In this document: in pieces, positions 38,523-51,195 of the stretch
Layout: the number at the start of each line of letters is the position of its first letter
Position numbering within the stretch: position 1 is the first letter of the stretch
From: Octopus sinensis
Taxonomy: Eukaryota
Reading direction: 5' to 3'
Assembly (NCBI RefSeq): GCF_006345805.1
Contig: NC_043005.1
Location: forward strand, 89,404,001 to 89,468,000
DNA length: 64,000 nt
Made by a program: the position numbers and the translations under genes
Notes under the pieces: generated by a model
Seen by the model: only the letters and a program-made list of their open reading frames with translations
What the model was told of the DNA's origin: nothing
The model's database searches: none

Positions 38523-38815
38523 GTCTGGCCATGGAGAAATATCACTTCTCTTGGAAACAAGTGAGGAATGGTGACAGGAAGGGCATTTGGCTGTAGGATA
38601 TCTGTCCTGACAAGTTCTGTCTGACCCATGCAAGCATGGAAAAGTGGACGTTAAAAATGATGATGTTGATATATCATCATTTTTAATGTCCACCTTCTCA
38701 TGCTGGCATGGGTCAGACAGAATTTGTTGGGGCAGATTTTCTACAGATGGATGCCCTTCATGTTACCAAGCCTAACCTGTTTCCAAGCAAGGTGAGACTT
38801 CCTTCATGGCCAGAC
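38523..38815. repeat. Tail-to-tail inverted pair of RTE 3' tails, ~145-bp arms, 8-nt spacer
   Basis: TTAAAAATGATGAT-GTTGATAT-ATCATCATTTTTAA centre; arms extend to CTGGCCATG and CATGGCCAG. Confidence 0.85.
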
Positions 38816-39199
38816 ACATTTTACATGGAAGACTGGGAAAGAACAACACCTCTTGTATGACAATGATGCTCATTTACAACTATCATGTGATATCAAGACA
38901 AAGGTACAAACCCATACACACACACACACAATCATATACATGGAGGGCTTCTTCCAGTTTCCTACTACCGAATCCACTCATTAGACTTTTGACTACAAAA
39001 ACAGGCTTGCCAATGACCTACAGTGTGAGGACTAGAAGCATGAAGTGTTCTGGATTGTAAGATGGTATATCAGAGGAAATAGAGACACTGCGAGAGAGAA
39101 GTATGCATGGATGAATAATAGCACACTTTAATGATTCTGGAAAGAAAAAAAGGCACAGAAGTGCTGTGAAAGGTTATAAAATGTAGAGAATGGGTGAAA

Positions 39200-40320
39200 G
39201 AGGGCCTTCCCAACAGAGGAACCAGTTGTTCTAACAGGGAAAGTCCCTGGCTAATCAAGGATTGCTACTGAGATATTTAGAATATCTAAGAGGATGGATA
39301 CTGTCAAGTCACTTGTATCAGAAACAATCAGGTTGTTCAGAAAGGTGCCATACTTTACAAGTAGTGTAGCAGCATCATAGTCAGGTGTTTGTAAAGGAAA
39401 CAGCTTAGAAAGAATTCCAAGTATATCAAATAGCTGGACCAGATGATGAGAGTTGCAAAAAGAGTTTTAGTTTAACTAATTAGGAAAAGAATTAGACTAG
39501 ATGAGATGCAGAGTTTGGTTTTGTGCTTGAAAAATGTATTTCCAATGTTCCCTTCCTGGTGTTGTAACTGCAGAGAAAATATTTAACATTCACCAATCTG
39601 GAAAAAGCCTTTAATGGGGACCTTTGCTTTGTGAACTGGTGGTTACTGAGGAAGCTAGGAGTAGATAAAAGGCTTATGAAAGCCCTTCAAGCCATGTACA
39701 AAGATGCTCTCTGTAAGGTGGGAGCAACGATTACAGCATCCAATTAATGCACAGGTGGAGATCCATTAGGTCTCGGTATCCTTCTATTCATCATTGTTCT
39801 CTAGGCCAAAACAAAGGAATTTAAAACCAGTTGCTCTTGGGAACTACTGTATTTTGAATGACTTTGTTCATATAGTAGAATTGGAAAAGAGATTCCAGAC
39901 GTGGGAGCAAAATCTAGAATCAAAAGGCCTCAATGATAGCTTAAGCTTTAAGATAGTTACTCGATAATGAGATGCAGGCCCTGAATGCTGAAGACTTGCT
40001 ATGACTAGAAAAAAACTAAGCTAATATGCTCCATTGGATTTTTAACGCCAGTGTGCATGAATGACAAAGTACAAATATGTTGAGAAAATAACTGAGAACA
40101 AGAGGAATCAGATGTACTGTGCAGGAAAACCGACTGCACTGGTATGGATGTGTGACATATATGGATAGGGATAGTTATATAAAGACGTGCCGGTGACTTA
40201 ATGTGGATGGGAGCTTGTAGAAGAGGGAAACCCTAGAAGACAGGCAAAGAGTTGTGCTAATATGTAGGTGGTCCAGAAAACTCAAATCTCAAAAGGTGAG
40301 AAATGAGAAGTTGTGGCATT
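39200..40320 (+). pseudogene. Heavily decayed RTE reverse transcriptase
   Basis: RIRLDEMQ(F)GF, NLEKAF, WWLLRKLGVDK, QAMYKD motifs across frameshifts; same family as 52940-53830. Confidence 0.7.
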
Positions 40321-42754
40321 TATGCTTCTCTCAAGTATAAAAACCGATGATTGATAATAAAAATAAATAGTTAAACGTAAAAAAGAAATTAATTCTGGTA
40401 TGAGAACCACCAAAATTCAAGAGACTGTTTGTTTTTGCTTGCTGTTAGTGTGTGTGTGTTCTATTTCGTATCAAATCAGCTCCGGTGGAGCAGATAGATG
40501 AGCTTTAGCATTCTAATACTGATCTTGCTGGGTTTTTTTTTTTCCTTCCCATCTGTCATAGAGTATTTAGAACATTATCATCAAGCGTATCCTCTTTATC
40601 AGAGGCTACGGTGTAATATGAACGGGGACGTAGCTGTTATTTCTAGCAGCTTATAGAGGCTTCTGGTCCATGAGCATCGAAAATGCACGTTTAGATGGCA
40701 AGAAAAGCGAACTCCAATACCGGTCTCTATGGAATCGTTGTAAGCAAAACCGGAAAGAAAGAAGAAATACCACCGACCCCCTCATATGAAAAGGCGTGTC
40801 ATAAACAATGACGCTTCGCCTCTTCCATAACGGCAGTTACCGCGAGATTTTTCCGCTAGTGTGACTCATGAAACATGTATAACGTTCACTGTAACAAATC
40901 TTACGGAAGCCCAACGTTGTAGCAACATTTTCGAAACTTCTTTTCCTAGGTTTAATAATAATGAGCTTATTGTAATAGAGCGGTGAGGTGCACTGTAGCT
41001 CACCAGAAAAGGTTAAAAGAGGGGGCTGAGAGAGGAGACAGCAATAAAAGCCAGAATAGAGTGAATAAAATAAAACACCAAAAGACAGAAAAGTGGATAT
41101 TAAAAGAGGAGGAAAAACTGCGAAAACTTACTAGAAATAGTGTTGGCGATTTTAAGGAAGCATTGAGCTTTTGAAGGATGAATTGTCCTGACGGTCAACA
41201 GCAAATGCGTGGAATTTATTCCATATTTCGACAATTGTAAACATGAAAGAAACGTTTGCGAAGTCCCAATCATTTATTTTTCTTCCCGCTCGACACCGAA
41301 CACTTGTTTTCTTTTAGGAGTTCATTTGTTCGGCTTAATTAATAAAGCATTGTTTCAAATGTTTCCCTTTTAAAAGCTCAACGGAACAAAATGGAAATAA
41401 TAGTTTTTTTTTTGTTGTTTTACTTATTCTTCTAGTATAGTATCGTCCACACTTTGCTAGAATGATTATTGAAATATTCAGTCGTCCTTAACTTTATGGG
41501 TGTTTTTATTATTTTAATATTTACTCCGAAACAGTAAAAGGTAAACTAGACACCAAGGGTCGTAAATAAATACTTCAGACCTTGTGTCCAACCATATTGC
41601 TGACTTAGCTGATATATTTCAATTGGGACTTTAAACCTACAAGTAGCTGAGCAAATTATTTCAGCCACTTTTTAAACCCTTACACCCTCCACTGAATTGT
41701 AAGTTAGACACGAGGGTGGGAACCTTCACGTAGTCGTCTGAATTGCTAGAAATAGTAACGAAATCTCATTCAAATCATATCATGAAAAAAAAGGACAACG
41801 GATAATGTAAAACTAAGTACATTGTGATCACAGCTGTATTGTTTTTAGTCATTGATCCTCTCAGGGAAAGATAAGCTAAATAACGACAAACTTAAGCGCT
41901 TGAGACACTTATAACTAAACAAGATAGACATAATGCCTTTTGTTAGTTCTAAGTGACTGTTTGTTGTGTGAACTATTCTGAATTAATAGCGTTGTGTTTG
42001 TCTTTGTGTTCTGAACAGCACTCCATCCTTTAAGCACAAACAAATAGATTTAACAAGAACTGTTGATGAAACCTGCCTTGACTCAATGTACCCAATACAG
42101 CAAATCCTTAGATGGCGACAGGAGCAATAAGATCTCAGACCAGACTGAAACAAGACATAAGATTCTGGGAGATCCGTCGGCTTCCTTGATACCATTGGTC
42201 CATCCTTTCTAGACGCCGCCTACCCTATTGATCTATTCAAATGACTTCTATGTTATAAATGAACTAAAGCTCCCTCTACTCAGGCTCTCTTCATGACCAT
42301 AATTGCTCAGCTCTACTCATGCTTCTTCCTATGCCATAAACCTACCATTTCTTCCCAGAATATTCAAAAGATACTGACTTTAATTTTTAAAAATACAGGC
42401 TTCTTAATGGAAGATGACAACTTTCAGACCTTTGGGAATTAGCTTTAGGTGTATGTGTGTGTATGTACATCATCATCATCATCATCGTTTAACATCTGCT
42501 TTCCATGCTGGCATGGGTTGGACGGTTTGACTGAGGACTGGCAAGCCAAGGGGCTGCACCAAACTGCAATCAGATTTGGCAAGGTTTCTACAGCTGGATG
42601 CCCTTCCTAACACCAACGACTCTGAGAGTGTAGTGGGTGCTTTTTACGTGCCACCAGCACAGGGGCCAGTCAGGCAGCACTGGCATCGACCACGCTTGAA
42701 TAGTACTTTTTACATGCAGTCCAGCAGCACTGGCATGTATGTATGTATGTATAT

Positions 42755-42793
<39 letters not shown>

Positions 42794-42951
42794 TTAAATG
42801 TATGTATTTATACGAATAATATATAGTCTATTGACTAGTTTTCTACATGCTAGGCCACCGGCAGTAAAAAATTTCTAAAATTATATATATATATATATAT
42901 ATATAATAAATATCAGGGTAAGAAAAAAATTTTTAGAAATTTATATATATA

Positions 42952-43385
42952 TTGGGTTATCCAATAAATAATGCAATTTTTTATACTTCTTTTTATTTTT
43001 CAAAATAAAGGTAAACAAAGTTCTATTTTAACCTAAAATACACTCTCCTTCATTTTCTTCAATGCTCTTTCATCTATCTGGTAGACTTGCAAAGTCTTGC
43101 TTCCAAAATTCACTTGTTCATGAAGAAAAATGGTCTTCCAGTGCCGTTCTGATCTCATCTATAGAGTTCATATTTTTTCCATCCAAATGATTTTGAAGAC
43201 TGTGGAATAAATGATAATCAGATGGGGCAATGTCCAGTGAACATGGTGGGTGGGTCATCGTTTCCTGTTCTAACTGCTTCAGCCTTTAGAATATCATCCT
43301 TGCTGTTAGTGGTCGAGCATTATCCTCATGGAAGAACACCTTTTGTCTTGAAACCAAAGATGATCATTTTTCTTCAAGCGCTGAC
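42952..43385 (-). mobile_element. Mariner 3' fragment, same family as 31620-32515
   Basis: TIR TTGGGTTATCCAATAAATAATGC; collinear with 31620-32040. Confidence 0.85.
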
Positions 43386-43469
43386 TTAAGCTGCTCACAA
43401 TAGATCTCCTTTGTTATCGTTTCATTTGGGTTTAAAAGTCCAAAGTGGACTAAACCTATCATATCCTAC

Positions 43470-43715
43470 CAAACAGATTACATCTTATGTGGGTGACAAT
43501 CTTCTTAAGCCTGGGGTAGTTCTTAGGGAGATTCAGAGTAACACAGAATGTGACAAGGTCGGCCCTTTGAATAACAAGTACAATTTATTTTTGACAGCTG
43601 AGTGGACTGGGGCAATGTGAACTAAAGTGTTGTGCTAAAAAATGCAACGTACTCATGGAAATCGAACTCCTGACCTTACAATCATGAGCCGAATACCCTA
43701 ACCACTAAGCCATGG
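43470..43715 (-). mobile_element. tRNA-derived SINE (third family)
   Basis: Minus strand GGCTTAGTGGTTAGGGTATTCGGCTCATGATTGTAAGGTCAGGAGTTCGATTTCC (A and B boxes) followed by non-tRNA body. Confidence 0.75.
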
Positions 43716-44934
43716 CCCCTTCACTGGGAAAAAAATAATAAGAGAAAGAAAGATGAAGACTCGAGTGGAAGAGGTTCACAGGTTTTTCTAGCTCTGACCA
43801 GCAGGAACAGTCACAGAAATTTTGACATAGAGAGGGGAGGACATATTCCTTGAGGTGAGCCACCAGTTGTAATGTGGATGAGTGAGAAGACCTGTTAATT
43901 AGTCAGGTGACTTTGATTGGAGTTGAATCAACTAATTACCTCTCTACCATACTATAGCAATCAACAATGACCCTCCCATTCTATAGTCATTAACTATATC
44001 TCTCAGGTGTGTTAAGGTAAGAAGTTATCATTTCTAAACTTACTAAGAGGAAGTGAGTGGTTTAAGCAAGTCTGTGGCAGGTAAACTGTCTTGAAGTAAT
44101 TAGTTACTTCTCTTTACATTCTGAGTTCAATCCCAAGAAAGTCAATAAAAGAAGTACCAAAGTATCAGTGAAATACTAGATGTCCTAAAATTTGCCATTT
44201 CTTACCTGAATATTAGATGCTTTCATCATCATTTTAACATCCACTTTCCATTTTTCAATTAGGTAAATTTTCCATAGCATGATGTCCTTCCTGGTGCCAT
44301 TGCAAGACTGAAACCAACAACATCATTTGTATGACATTGATACTCATCTACAACCAACATTCAATGTCAAGACAAAGATACACACATATAAAAACAATGG
44401 GCTTCTTTCAGTTTCCATCTACCAAATCCACTGACAAGGCTTTGGTGAATCTGAAGCTATAATAGATAACACTTGCCCAAAGTGCCATGCTGTGGGACTG
44501 AACTTGAAACCGCATGGCTGGGAAGCAAGCTCCTTAACCACACAACCACGTTTTGTTTATGGGGACTAAATCTTGGATGTTAGATTTAATTCATTTGATT
44601 CTGCTGAAGATACCCCAAAGCCAAATCATCTGTATTTGGGGTACCTTTAGCAGAATCAGAAATGGTACAAGCATTTATGCCAGATTTCCTCCTGCCAGTC
44701 ATAAGTCTTTGAAGAAGGTCATGAATGCTCCCTTTCTCCTCTGAGGAACTCATAAAATAAAAATTAAGTTATAAATCTAAGTTCTGGCCAAGTTAGCAAG
44801 ATGCTGAAAAACACTTGTGTTCTGCTGTTTCACGATCAATATAAGCAGAGCTTTGCTTCATGAAACAATGTTTCAAATCCAGACTGCATACCGACAACAT
44901 CAATCTGGCAATAAGAAAACGCAAACTCATAAAA

Positions 44935-45155
44935 TAGTAGTTTCAAATTTTGGCACAGGGCCAGCAGTTTTTGAGGGGAGGACGAAGTTGATTACAAAGA
45001 TCCCAGTATACAACTGGTACTTATTTCATTGACCCCTGAATGGATGAAAGGCAAAGTTGACTCTGGTGGAATTTGAACTCACAACATAGAGTAGAACAAA
45101 ATGCTGCTAAGTGTGTTGTCTGGTGTGCCAACAATTCTGCCAGCTCACCATCTTA
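44935..45155 (-). mobile_element. SINE family A copy
   Basis: Head GTGAGCTGGCAGAATTGTTGGC, GTTCAAATTCC, central block. Confidence 0.75.
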
Positions 45156-45805
45156 AACTCATGAAATAATATAGAATCTTTGAATTAGGAGAGAGGCAGA
45201 GAGAGCTGAAGAAGACATGGAGTGAAGAGAGCATTTCATTGATGAGTCATGGATGGGAATAAAAGAACTTTTTAACAAACTCAGCAGATTGATTGACTAA
45301 ATGATTAACTATGCAGTCAATTGGCTGACTGGTTAATTAGTTGACTAGTTGACAATAAAAGAAGTGAAATATAACCAGTGCATGTGTTTATTATTATTAG
45401 CATAATGGTCTTCCCAAGATCTAACAAAATCTGTTTCAACACAAAGTTCCCATCTAGAATATTGCAAATCAAATACAGAACCAAAAACTCTAAATTCTGT
45501 TTGCCTTGTGGTTGTGCTAAGTAAAAGGTATTTTGTGAGTGAAACAATAAAAGCCGACCCAATTTGTTCCCTTGTGGAATCAATCTGTCACCAAAAGGAA
45601 CAGAACTATGCAAAAACTTCCAAATTGTTTGGCAGACAATTACATTTTTTAATTGTGTGAATTCCATTAACAATCTTTGACCAGCGTTATATTTTGTTGA
45701 AATTACACACATGCATACATGTATAAATATATATATCTATATATGTGTGTATATATATATATATGCATACAAACATGCATACATGTATAAATATATATAT
45801 ATATA

Positions 45806-45862
<57 letters not shown>

Positions 45863-45878
45863 GATGATGATGATGATG

Positions 45879-45909
<31 letters not shown>

Positions 45910-45974
45910 TGCATAAAAACATGCATACATGTATAAATATATATATGTGTATGTGTGTATATACATATATCATG

Positions 45975-47790
45975 AATGAATGGAAAGTTGTCTGGGCACG
46001 ATGGCATACCGGCGGAGATATATAAATATGGTAGCAGCCTCCTGTTGAACGAATTATGTGACCATTACTCCTTAATCTGGGAACCAGGATCAATCCCACA
46101 GGAGTTTAAAGATGCTTCTATTGTCCATCTTGATAAGCATCAAAGGCAATAAATGTGAATGTGACCACCATAGAGGTTATCTCCCTTTTGTGTGTGGCTG
46201 GGAAGATCCTTGGAAGGGTTATCTTAAACAGACTCAATGATGCCCTTGCTAGCTTAGTGTTGCCTGAATCCCAGTGTGGATTTCGAGCTGGTGGATATGA
46301 TTTTTAGCCTAAGGCAGCTACAGGGAAAGGCTCATGAGCACAATCGAGATATTTTTGTCCCTTTTGTAGATCTAACTAATGCTTTTGACACCATGTCTAG
46401 GGGTGCTCTTTGGGTTGTCCTTAGAAAGCTAGGTGTTCCTAAAAAGCTGCTCAATATCATCATTTCTTTCCATCAAAGGATGATGGCTTCTGTCAGATCT
46501 AGTGGGGAAGTGTCCAATACATTCACAGTCACAAAAGGGGAAAAAACAATGCTTTGTATTTCTCCATCATGTTAGAAACAGGATTCAAGGGTGTTCAAGA
46601 AGGAATAAAGTCAGTACAGAACTGGTGGTCGCTTGTTCAACCAACAGCACTTCCAAGCAAAAACTAAGACTTTGGTGCAAACAGTTCAAGATTTGCTCTT
46701 TGCAGACAATTGTGCACTTGTAGCACACACTCTTCAAGACATGTAATGTATTCTAAACAACTTCTCGTGTACATTTGAAGGCGTTTGGGCTGACCTTCAG
46801 CATAAATAAAAAGACTGAGCTTGTCCATCAGCCCACTTGTGACCATCTTCCCACTGTTGACCCTACTGTATACGTTGATGGGAAAGAATTAAAAACTATT
46901 TCCTCCTTCATTTATTTTGGTTCCATTATGTCCAACGATTTAAGGATGGATAAAGAAATCAAGTTCGGAATCAGAACAGCTAGCTCCACTTTCGGTAAGC
47001 TTTATTACAGGCTATGGAACAGCCATGATGTATCGTTGAAGGTGATGGTTGATGTATATAAGTCGGTGGTGTTGACAACATTGCTTTATGGTGCTGAATC
47101 TTGGACTTTGTACTGAAAGCACATCAACCAGCTTGACGCTTTTCATATGTGATGCTTGCGTACTATCTCCAGCATAAAACCAAGTGACTATATTCACAAC
47201 AGTGAGGTACTAGCAAAATGCAAGTATTGGAGCCATCCTCATCAAAGTACAGCTTTGATGGTCAGGTCATCTCACATATGAGTGATATCAGAATTCCAAA
47301 GCAATGTCTCTTTGGCCAGTTACCAAGAGGAAGGTCAGTTGGAAGGTCACACTTGCATTTCAAAGACAAACTAAATCTGAAGTGATGCAACATTCACTTT
47401 TCTTCCTGGGAAAACAAAGCATCAGAATGCAGGACCTGGTGCCAGTCCTGCTTCTCCTCAATCCAAAGATTTGAGCAAAGTCGACTATGACACCGGGACC
47501 AACTTCGTGCAAGCATGGAGGCCTACTGGTAAAATGCTGCTCCTCTAAATAGAAACCTTACCTGTCATTGTGGTGTTGTGGCACGAAGCAAAGCAGGCCT
47601 TGCCATTCACTCAAGAAAACACAGAGTAAATGATCCTGAAGCACTCAAGCAAACTGAGTCCTCAACTTGTTCCATTTGCCAAAATATTTGCAAGGAACCA
47701 GCAGACTTCAAGAGACACCTTCATGTCCAGAGAACATGATCAATGCTTTATTTTATTAAACTCTCATTTGTCGTTCATGACAAGAGAACC
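45975..47790 (+). pseudogene. RTE (BovB-like) LINE ORF2 remnant: RT plus C-terminal zinc fingers
   Basis: DGIPAEIYK, PQEFKDASIVHL, LPESQCGFRAG, DMIFSLRQLQ, FVDLTNAFDT, LLFADNCAL, VYKSVVLTTLLYGAESWTLY, terminal C2H2-like motifs; many frameshifts. Confidence 0.9.
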
Positions 47791-47793
47791 CAT

Positions 47794-47841
<48 letters not shown>

Positions 47842-48109
47842 CATCATCATCATCTAACATCTGTTTTCCATGCTGGCATGGGTTTGAGAATTTGAGAGGA
47901 GCTGACCAATTGAAAGGTTGTCCAGGTTCCATGTCTGTTTTGGTATGGTTTCTACAGCTGGATGCCCTTCCTAATACCAACCAGGGCATATGTGTGTGTG
48001 TGTATAAAAAGGATAATAAAATGAATGAGTTACACCTGGTATATTCCATCTTCCGACTTTCATTTGCCATATATATGTATGTAAATATGTATGTGTGTGT
48101 ATCATCATC

Positions 48110-49735
48110 ATCATCATCATCATTTAGCGTCCACTTTCCATGCTAGCATGGGTTGGACGGGTCAACTGGGGTCTGTGAAGCTGGAAGGCTTCGTTAGGCC
48201 CAGTCAGATCTGGCAGTGTTTCTACGGATGGATGCCCTTCCTAACGCCAACCACTCCGCGAGTGTAGTGGGTGTTTTTTACGTGCCACCTGCACAGGTGC
48301 CAGACAGACCTGGCAAACGGCCACGAACGGATGGTGCTTTTACGTGTCACCGGCACGGGGCCAGGCGATGCTGGCAACGGACACGAACGGATGGTGCTTT
48401 TACGTGCCACCGACACGGGGCCAGACAGAGCTGGCAAACGGCCACGAACGGACGGTGCTTTTACGTGTCACCGGCACGGGGGCCAGCCGAGGCTGGCAAC
48501 GAACATGAATGGATGGTGCTTTTACGTGCCACCAACACGGGGCCAGACAGAGCTGGCAAACGGCCACGAACGGACGGTGCTTTTACGTGTCACCGGCACG
48601 GGGACCAGCCGAGGCTGGCAACGGACACGAACGGATGGTGCTTTTGCGTGTCACCGAATGGGGGGCCAGACAGAGCTGGCAAACGGCCACGAACGGACGG
48701 TGCTTTTACGTGTCACCGGCACGGGGGCCAGCCGAGGCTGGCAACGAACATGAATGGATGGTGCTTTTACGTGCCACCAACACGGGGCCAGACAGAGCTG
48801 GCAAACGGCCACGAACGGACGGTGCTTTTACGTGTCACCGGCACGGGGACCAGCTGGGGCTGGCAACGGACACGAACGGATGGTGCTTTTGCGTGTCACC
48901 GAATGGGGGGGCCAGACAGAGCTGGCAAACGGCCACGAACGGACAGTGCTTTTACGTGTCACCGGCACGGGGCCAGGCGAGGCTGCCAACGAACACGAAC
49001 GGATGGTGCTTTTACGTGCCACCGACACGGGGGCCAGACAGAGGTGGCAAACGGCCACGAGCGAATGGTGCTTTTACATATCACCGACACGGGTGCCAGA
49101 CGAGGCTGACAGCGGACACGAACGGGGGTCACTTAACCCCTGCTTTCTGATATATGATTTGATTTTGATTGTTCTCACTGGTCTTGCCGGGTCTTCTGAC
49201 GCACAGCATACTTCCATAGGTCTCGGTCTCTGGTCATTTCCTTGGTGAGACCTAGAGTTCGAAGGTCGTGCTTCACCACCTCGACCCAGGTTTTCCTGGG
49301 TCTACCTCTTCCACAGGTCCCCTCAACTGCCAGGGTGTGGCACTTTTTCACACACCTATCTTCATCCATTCTCGCCACATGACCATACCAGCGCAATCAT
49401 CTCTCTTGCACACAACATCTGATGCCTCTTAGGTCCAACTTTTCTCTCAAGGTACTTACACTCTGTCAACAATGAACACTGACATTACACATCCAACAGA
49501 GCATACTAGCTTCATTTCTCGCGAGCTTACGCATGTCCTCAGCAGTCACGGCCCATGTTTCACTGCCATGTAGCATGGCTGTTCGTACACATGCATCATA
49601 CAGTCTGCCTTTTACTCTGAGCGAGAGGCCATTAGTCACCAACAGAGGTAAGAGCTCCCTAAACTTTGCCCAGGCTATTCTTACTCGAGCCGTTACACTT
49701 TCAGCACACCCACCCCCACTACTGACTTGGTATAT
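48110..49735 (-). mobile_element. Young 5'-truncated RTE LINE: ORF2 C-terminus, tandem-array 3' UTR, (GAT)n tail
   Basis: RVRIAWAKFREL, LYDACVRTAMLHGSETW, RWYGHVARM, GRGRPRKTW in one frame with two TGA stops; followed by array and tail. Confidence 0.92.
48276..49128. repeat. CpG-rich ~61-bp tandem array (14 units) in the RTE 3' UTR
   Basis: TTTTACGTG.CACCG.CACGGGG.CCAG...GGCAA.CGG.CACGAACGGA.GGTGC repeats about every 61 bp. Confidence 0.95.
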
Positions 49736-50261
49736 ATTATATATATATGTATATGTATGTATGTATACAGACACACATAGAGAGAGCCATCCTTAGATGC
49801 TTTTATTTTCCATCATATAAGTGTTTATATAAATATTAAAGATAATGATTTCATAAATTAGCACTAATGTACTCATTACGAGGTTAAAGTGTAATAGACT
49901 AAATCAATGGCGGTAGATAAGTAGTAATTAATTTCATTGATGCTGGAGGAGGGGGGTCAAGAGGCAATTGTGACTCTGGTGGGGCTATTTGAACCTGAAA
50001 CAAGAAAATCAAAACCAACAGCAACAACAACAATAATAATAATAATGATAATTTTTTCAACTGTAGGCACAAGGCATGGAATTTAATATGGAAGGGGTTA
50101 GTTAATTACTTTGACCCCTGTGTTTGATTGGTACATATTTTATTAACTCTTAAATATTTTATTAACTTTGGCAGAATTTGAACTCAGAACTCAGAACTCA
50201 GAGTCAGCAGAAATGCTGCTAAGCAGTTTGCCTGGCTAACAGTTCTAGCAGCTTGTGGACC

Positions 50262-50303
50262 CTAATAATGATGATGATAATGATAATAATAATAATAATA
50301 ATA

Positions 50304-50356
<53 letters not shown>

Positions 50357-50427
50357 GATGATGATGATGATGATGATGATGATGGTAGTGGTGGTGGCGG
50401 TGGTGGTGGGGTGGTGGTGGTGGCGGC

Positions 50428-50460
<33 letters not shown>
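50262..50460. repeat. Compound (AAT)(GAT)(GGT) microsatellite
   Basis: Successive triplet runs. Confidence 0.95.
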
Positions 50461-50463
<3 letters not shown>

Positions 50464-50888
50464 TGCCCTGATGCAGTACCAAGCAGTGGCTCTCATGGCT
50501 TCTGATCTTAACTGATTGGAAGTGTTACCATGCATATTGTTTTGTCTTGGTATAAAAGATGGGCTACAGCAAATATTCTGCTCAATACCACAGATTTGCT
50601 TATCAGTTGTTTGACCTTAACCAGTTGAGCAAGTCCCTTAGTGGCTGACGATATGTGCATCTCTGATCACGAGCAGAAGTAGTGGGGGAGCATCATAGCC
50701 ATGTGTTGAAAGGAATTCTTTGGGGTTTGAATAATTCACCTCTGGAAACATGGGTGGTTCGTTCATCATCCTTAAACAACCCTTATTCAGGTACTTAATT
50801 TATCAACCCCTGAAAGGATGAAAGGCAAAGTCGACCTCAGCAGAATTTGAACTCAAAACATAGCAATGGGTGAAAGACTGCTAAGCAT

Positions 50889-51195
50889 ATACCAACAGAT
50901 GACAATGTTTCTCTAAAAGAAATGCAGAAACTTTCAAAATACAAAGATCTGGAAATAGAGGTAACTCGAATGTGGAGTCTAAAAACAGAAATAATTCCTA
51001 TCATAGTGGGTGCATTAGGTATGATAAAAAATATTCAGACAAATATATAACAAAAACACCAGATCTTACAAGTATATACAACATACAGAAAATAGCACTA
51101 CTGGGCACTGTACACATCCTACGTAAAACACTTTCAATACAGTAACCACCAGAGCATCACAACAAATCACAGAACATACCCAAGGCACACAGAGC
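50889..51195 (+). pseudogene. R4/Dong-type LINE 3' end (restriction-like endonuclease C-terminus)
   Basis: IPTDDNVSLKEMQKLSKYKDLEIEVTRMWSLKTEIIPIIVGALG, one frameshift, then IQKIALLGTVHILRKTLSIQ* (stop 51143-51145). Confidence 0.8.

Noticed and set aside
43640-43715. tRNA-like sequence with A and B boxes (also 12420-12480)
   Set aside because: Acceptor stem does not close and the sequence continues into a SINE body; not a tRNA gene.
48216-49150. Long ORFs (297, 213, 164, 160 aa) and a CRISPR-like look of the 61-bp array
   Set aside because: The ORFs arise from the tandem repeat and lie antisense to an RTE 3' UTR. There are no unique spacers and no cas genes, and the context is eukaryotic.
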